A program made the translations under genes and the position numbers. The notes under the pieces are model-generated. The model worked only from the letters and a program-made list of their open reading frames with translations. It did no database searches and was not told the DNA's origin. DNA of 64,000 nt, from positions 62,000,001 to 62,064,000 of the forward strand of contig OX597828.1 in assembly GCA_951406725.2 (NCBI GenBank), read 5' to 3'. The DNA is from Octopus vulgaris. Its lineage: Eukaryota. Below are positions 61,618-64,000 of this stretch, in pieces (the stretch's first letter is position 1; every line of letters begins with the position of its first letter).

Positions 61618-62153
61618 AAGATAGATAGATTAAATTATATCCAAAATTAAATGTTTCACTTTGCTGTTATATTACAGGATACAGACGAGTACGTAAGTAT
61701 AAACTTTTTTGTGGCATTTTTGTACAAATCCACACACAACATACACAGACAGAGAAGGAGATAGTGCTAACCTTTCTGCCAGCTCACCGCCTCATCACTC
61801 GTATATTATTATAGCTATTTCATTAAAGTCCATTAATTTGGGACACTAATGACTATGGTGTCACATTAGTGTAGTGGCTCACACAGTGAACGGTTTAGAG
61901 CAGAGGCGGCGTTCGAATCTAATATGCGATGTTACTTCTTTTCATATAAACAGAACAGATAAGAGAAGAGAGGTGAGGGAGTGGGTGTTTATTCCATTCG
62001 TTTACAACCGTTTCATAAACTTGTTAGTTACATAATATTGTTACATCAATATTAATAAGTGAATATATGAACGTGTGTGTAGCCATATCTAGAAAAGTAC
62101 TGATATGTGTACCAAGAGACTAATCCTCAGAACGATACGTGGTGGATGAAAAC

Positions 62154-62217
<64 letters not shown>

Positions 62218-62267
62218 TATACATAATGTACTGATCCGTGATAGAAAATAGAGAGAGAGAGAGTATG

Positions 62268-62452
62268 TCGTGGCACTCCGTCGGTTACTACGACGAGGGT
62301 TCCAGTTGATCCAATCAACGGAACAGCCTGCTCGTGAGATTAACGTACAAGTGGCTGAGCACTCCAGAGACACGTGTATCCTTAACGTAATTCTCGGGGG
62401 AGATTCAGTGTGACACAGAGTGTGAAAAGGCTGGCCCTTTGAAATACAGGAG
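62268..62452 (+). mobile_element. SINE body fragment (Nin/Deu-domain-like, tentative)
   Basis: GTTCCAGTTGATCC..CTGCTCGTGAGATTAAC..GTGGCTGAGCACTCC; recognised from memory only. Confidence 0.4.
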
Positions 62453-63199
62453 GAAAAGTGAGTTCGGAAGATTACTGTGATATACCTCACTGTACTGTGT
62501 CTACACCTATCAGATTTCATTCCCAATCTAGGTTCTGTCCACGACCAAGAACTTCCAATAGCCCAGTCCACCTAGCCATAAGCAGGTACAACAATTTATC
62601 ATAATTCACTGTACTGCGTTTCGATGTAAGATAATTGACTGGCAACAAATCAGTCCACCTGACTGAAAGTCTACACAATACTCTGATATTGTTGACTATA
62701 GCGTCGTGAACATGACACTTAACTGTTCATACCTTAGTCCCGTTCACCTGGCTGTAAGTAGGTACAACACTCTCATATAGTCCACTACACTATCTATGGC
62801 AACGGACCAGTCCTCTTAGTTCTAACCAAGCAAATTTTGCCCATTCAAAATCGTTATATATTCATTGTTTATCGTTATCATTGTATATATGTTTATAGTT
62901 ATTGATTGTTTCTCTATTATTACAGATACACATCCATTTTGCTTTTTGCCTCATCTCCGTACTGTTGCTGTTAATTGTTGTGATCCTTTTGACCTTCCTT
63001 ATATTCAGCGTCAACCGTTATTGAAAAGTCGCTGTAAGTATTTACCAGGTTGAGTCAAACGTTTTTTCGTATTTCAAGCTTTAATTAATTGTCCAATCAA
63101 ATTACATTTGTAAAGCGTGTATTAATCAAAATATATCCTATCGTATTCTATTCTCTCCCTAACGAAATACCGGGTGCCTACAACTCATTAATTCTACTG

Positions 63200-64000
63200 T
63201 CTGTTGTCGTCATTATGCCCGAAGCTCCATTTAACGCTTACGCCATTTGGCTGGTTTAGAGGCTGAAATCTCTCTGCACTCGTTTTCAACCTCATCCACA
63301 CTGTTGATCCTCCGTCCGTGCAGGAAGTGAGCTATGACTTGGAAAAAGTGGTAATCTGATGGTGTAAGCTCTGAACTGTGGATAGGGTGAGACAGCACTT
63401 CCAGCCCCTCAGATTCCTCAACTTTGCACTCAATCACAATGGCAGTGTGTGGTGGGGTATTGTCCTGCTGCAGTAGTGTGTGTCATTGATTGACCAATGC
63501 CAAAGTATCAGGCTTTCGAAGCGCTATATATTCACTGCGGCCGTTGAGCATGAATGACATTTTGGGACAAGGTCAAAGCGCAACACTCCCTTGAAATTCC
63601 ACCAAACACACAACATGACCTTCTGTTCGAACTATCCTTGTTTAACAACAGGTTCGGAAGTCTGTCCACAACGAAACCACTGATTTCTCTTATTAGGATT
63701 ACGAAAATAGATCCATTTCTTCATCCCTAGTTACAATTCAAGGCCCAAAACGGGCATCTTGAGGATTTTCCAGCAGCTGTCTGCAAATATTCACCAGTTG
63801 TTGTGTTTGGTGATTGGTCAGTTGATGAGGAACTTGCCAACGGCGTCTGTTCACAAGGCTGAGCTTATGGAAATGTCGATTGATGGTGCTTTGTGAAGGA
63901 CCAAGTTCTGCCAATGATGTACGAGTGGCTGTGATTGTCTGTTATTCGACCATTTGAAGCAAGGTCTCATCTTCCACAGCAGAATGTCTCCCTGACCCTG
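63200..64000 (-). mobile_element. Mariner transposase relic (runs off the window end)
   Basis: QQDNTPPHTA, EVLSHPIHSSELTPSDYHFF, and a KVMLCVWW remnant at ~63600. Confidence 0.82.

Overview
Eukaryotic, AT-rich, microsatellite- and transposon-dense DNA. It is most likely a coleoid cephalopod (Octopus); this is inferred from the look of the SINE/RTE families and was not verified by search. The only host protein-coding gene I can support is a complete 6-exon USE1 (ER Qc-SNARE, 244 aa) on the minus strand at 16749-40098. It lies head-to-head with a tRNA-Pro(TGG) at 40449-40520. The rest is mobile DNA: the 5' half of a Tx1/L1 LINE, a full-length but decayed R4/Dong LINE sitting in (TAA)n, several RTE LINEs, Penelope-like elements (PLEs), three Helitrons, mariner and hAT relics, SINEs, and a foldback MITE with telomeric repeats in its loop. 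The most notable unannotated layer is RNA structure. There are three canonical type I hammerhead ribozymes and several core-variant ones, two of them in a non-coding, retrozyme-like ~0.9 kb repeat. There is also a PLE/R4/Helitron nest built on one (AAT)n tract, and several long hairpins in and around USE1. Boundaries of decayed elements are approximate.
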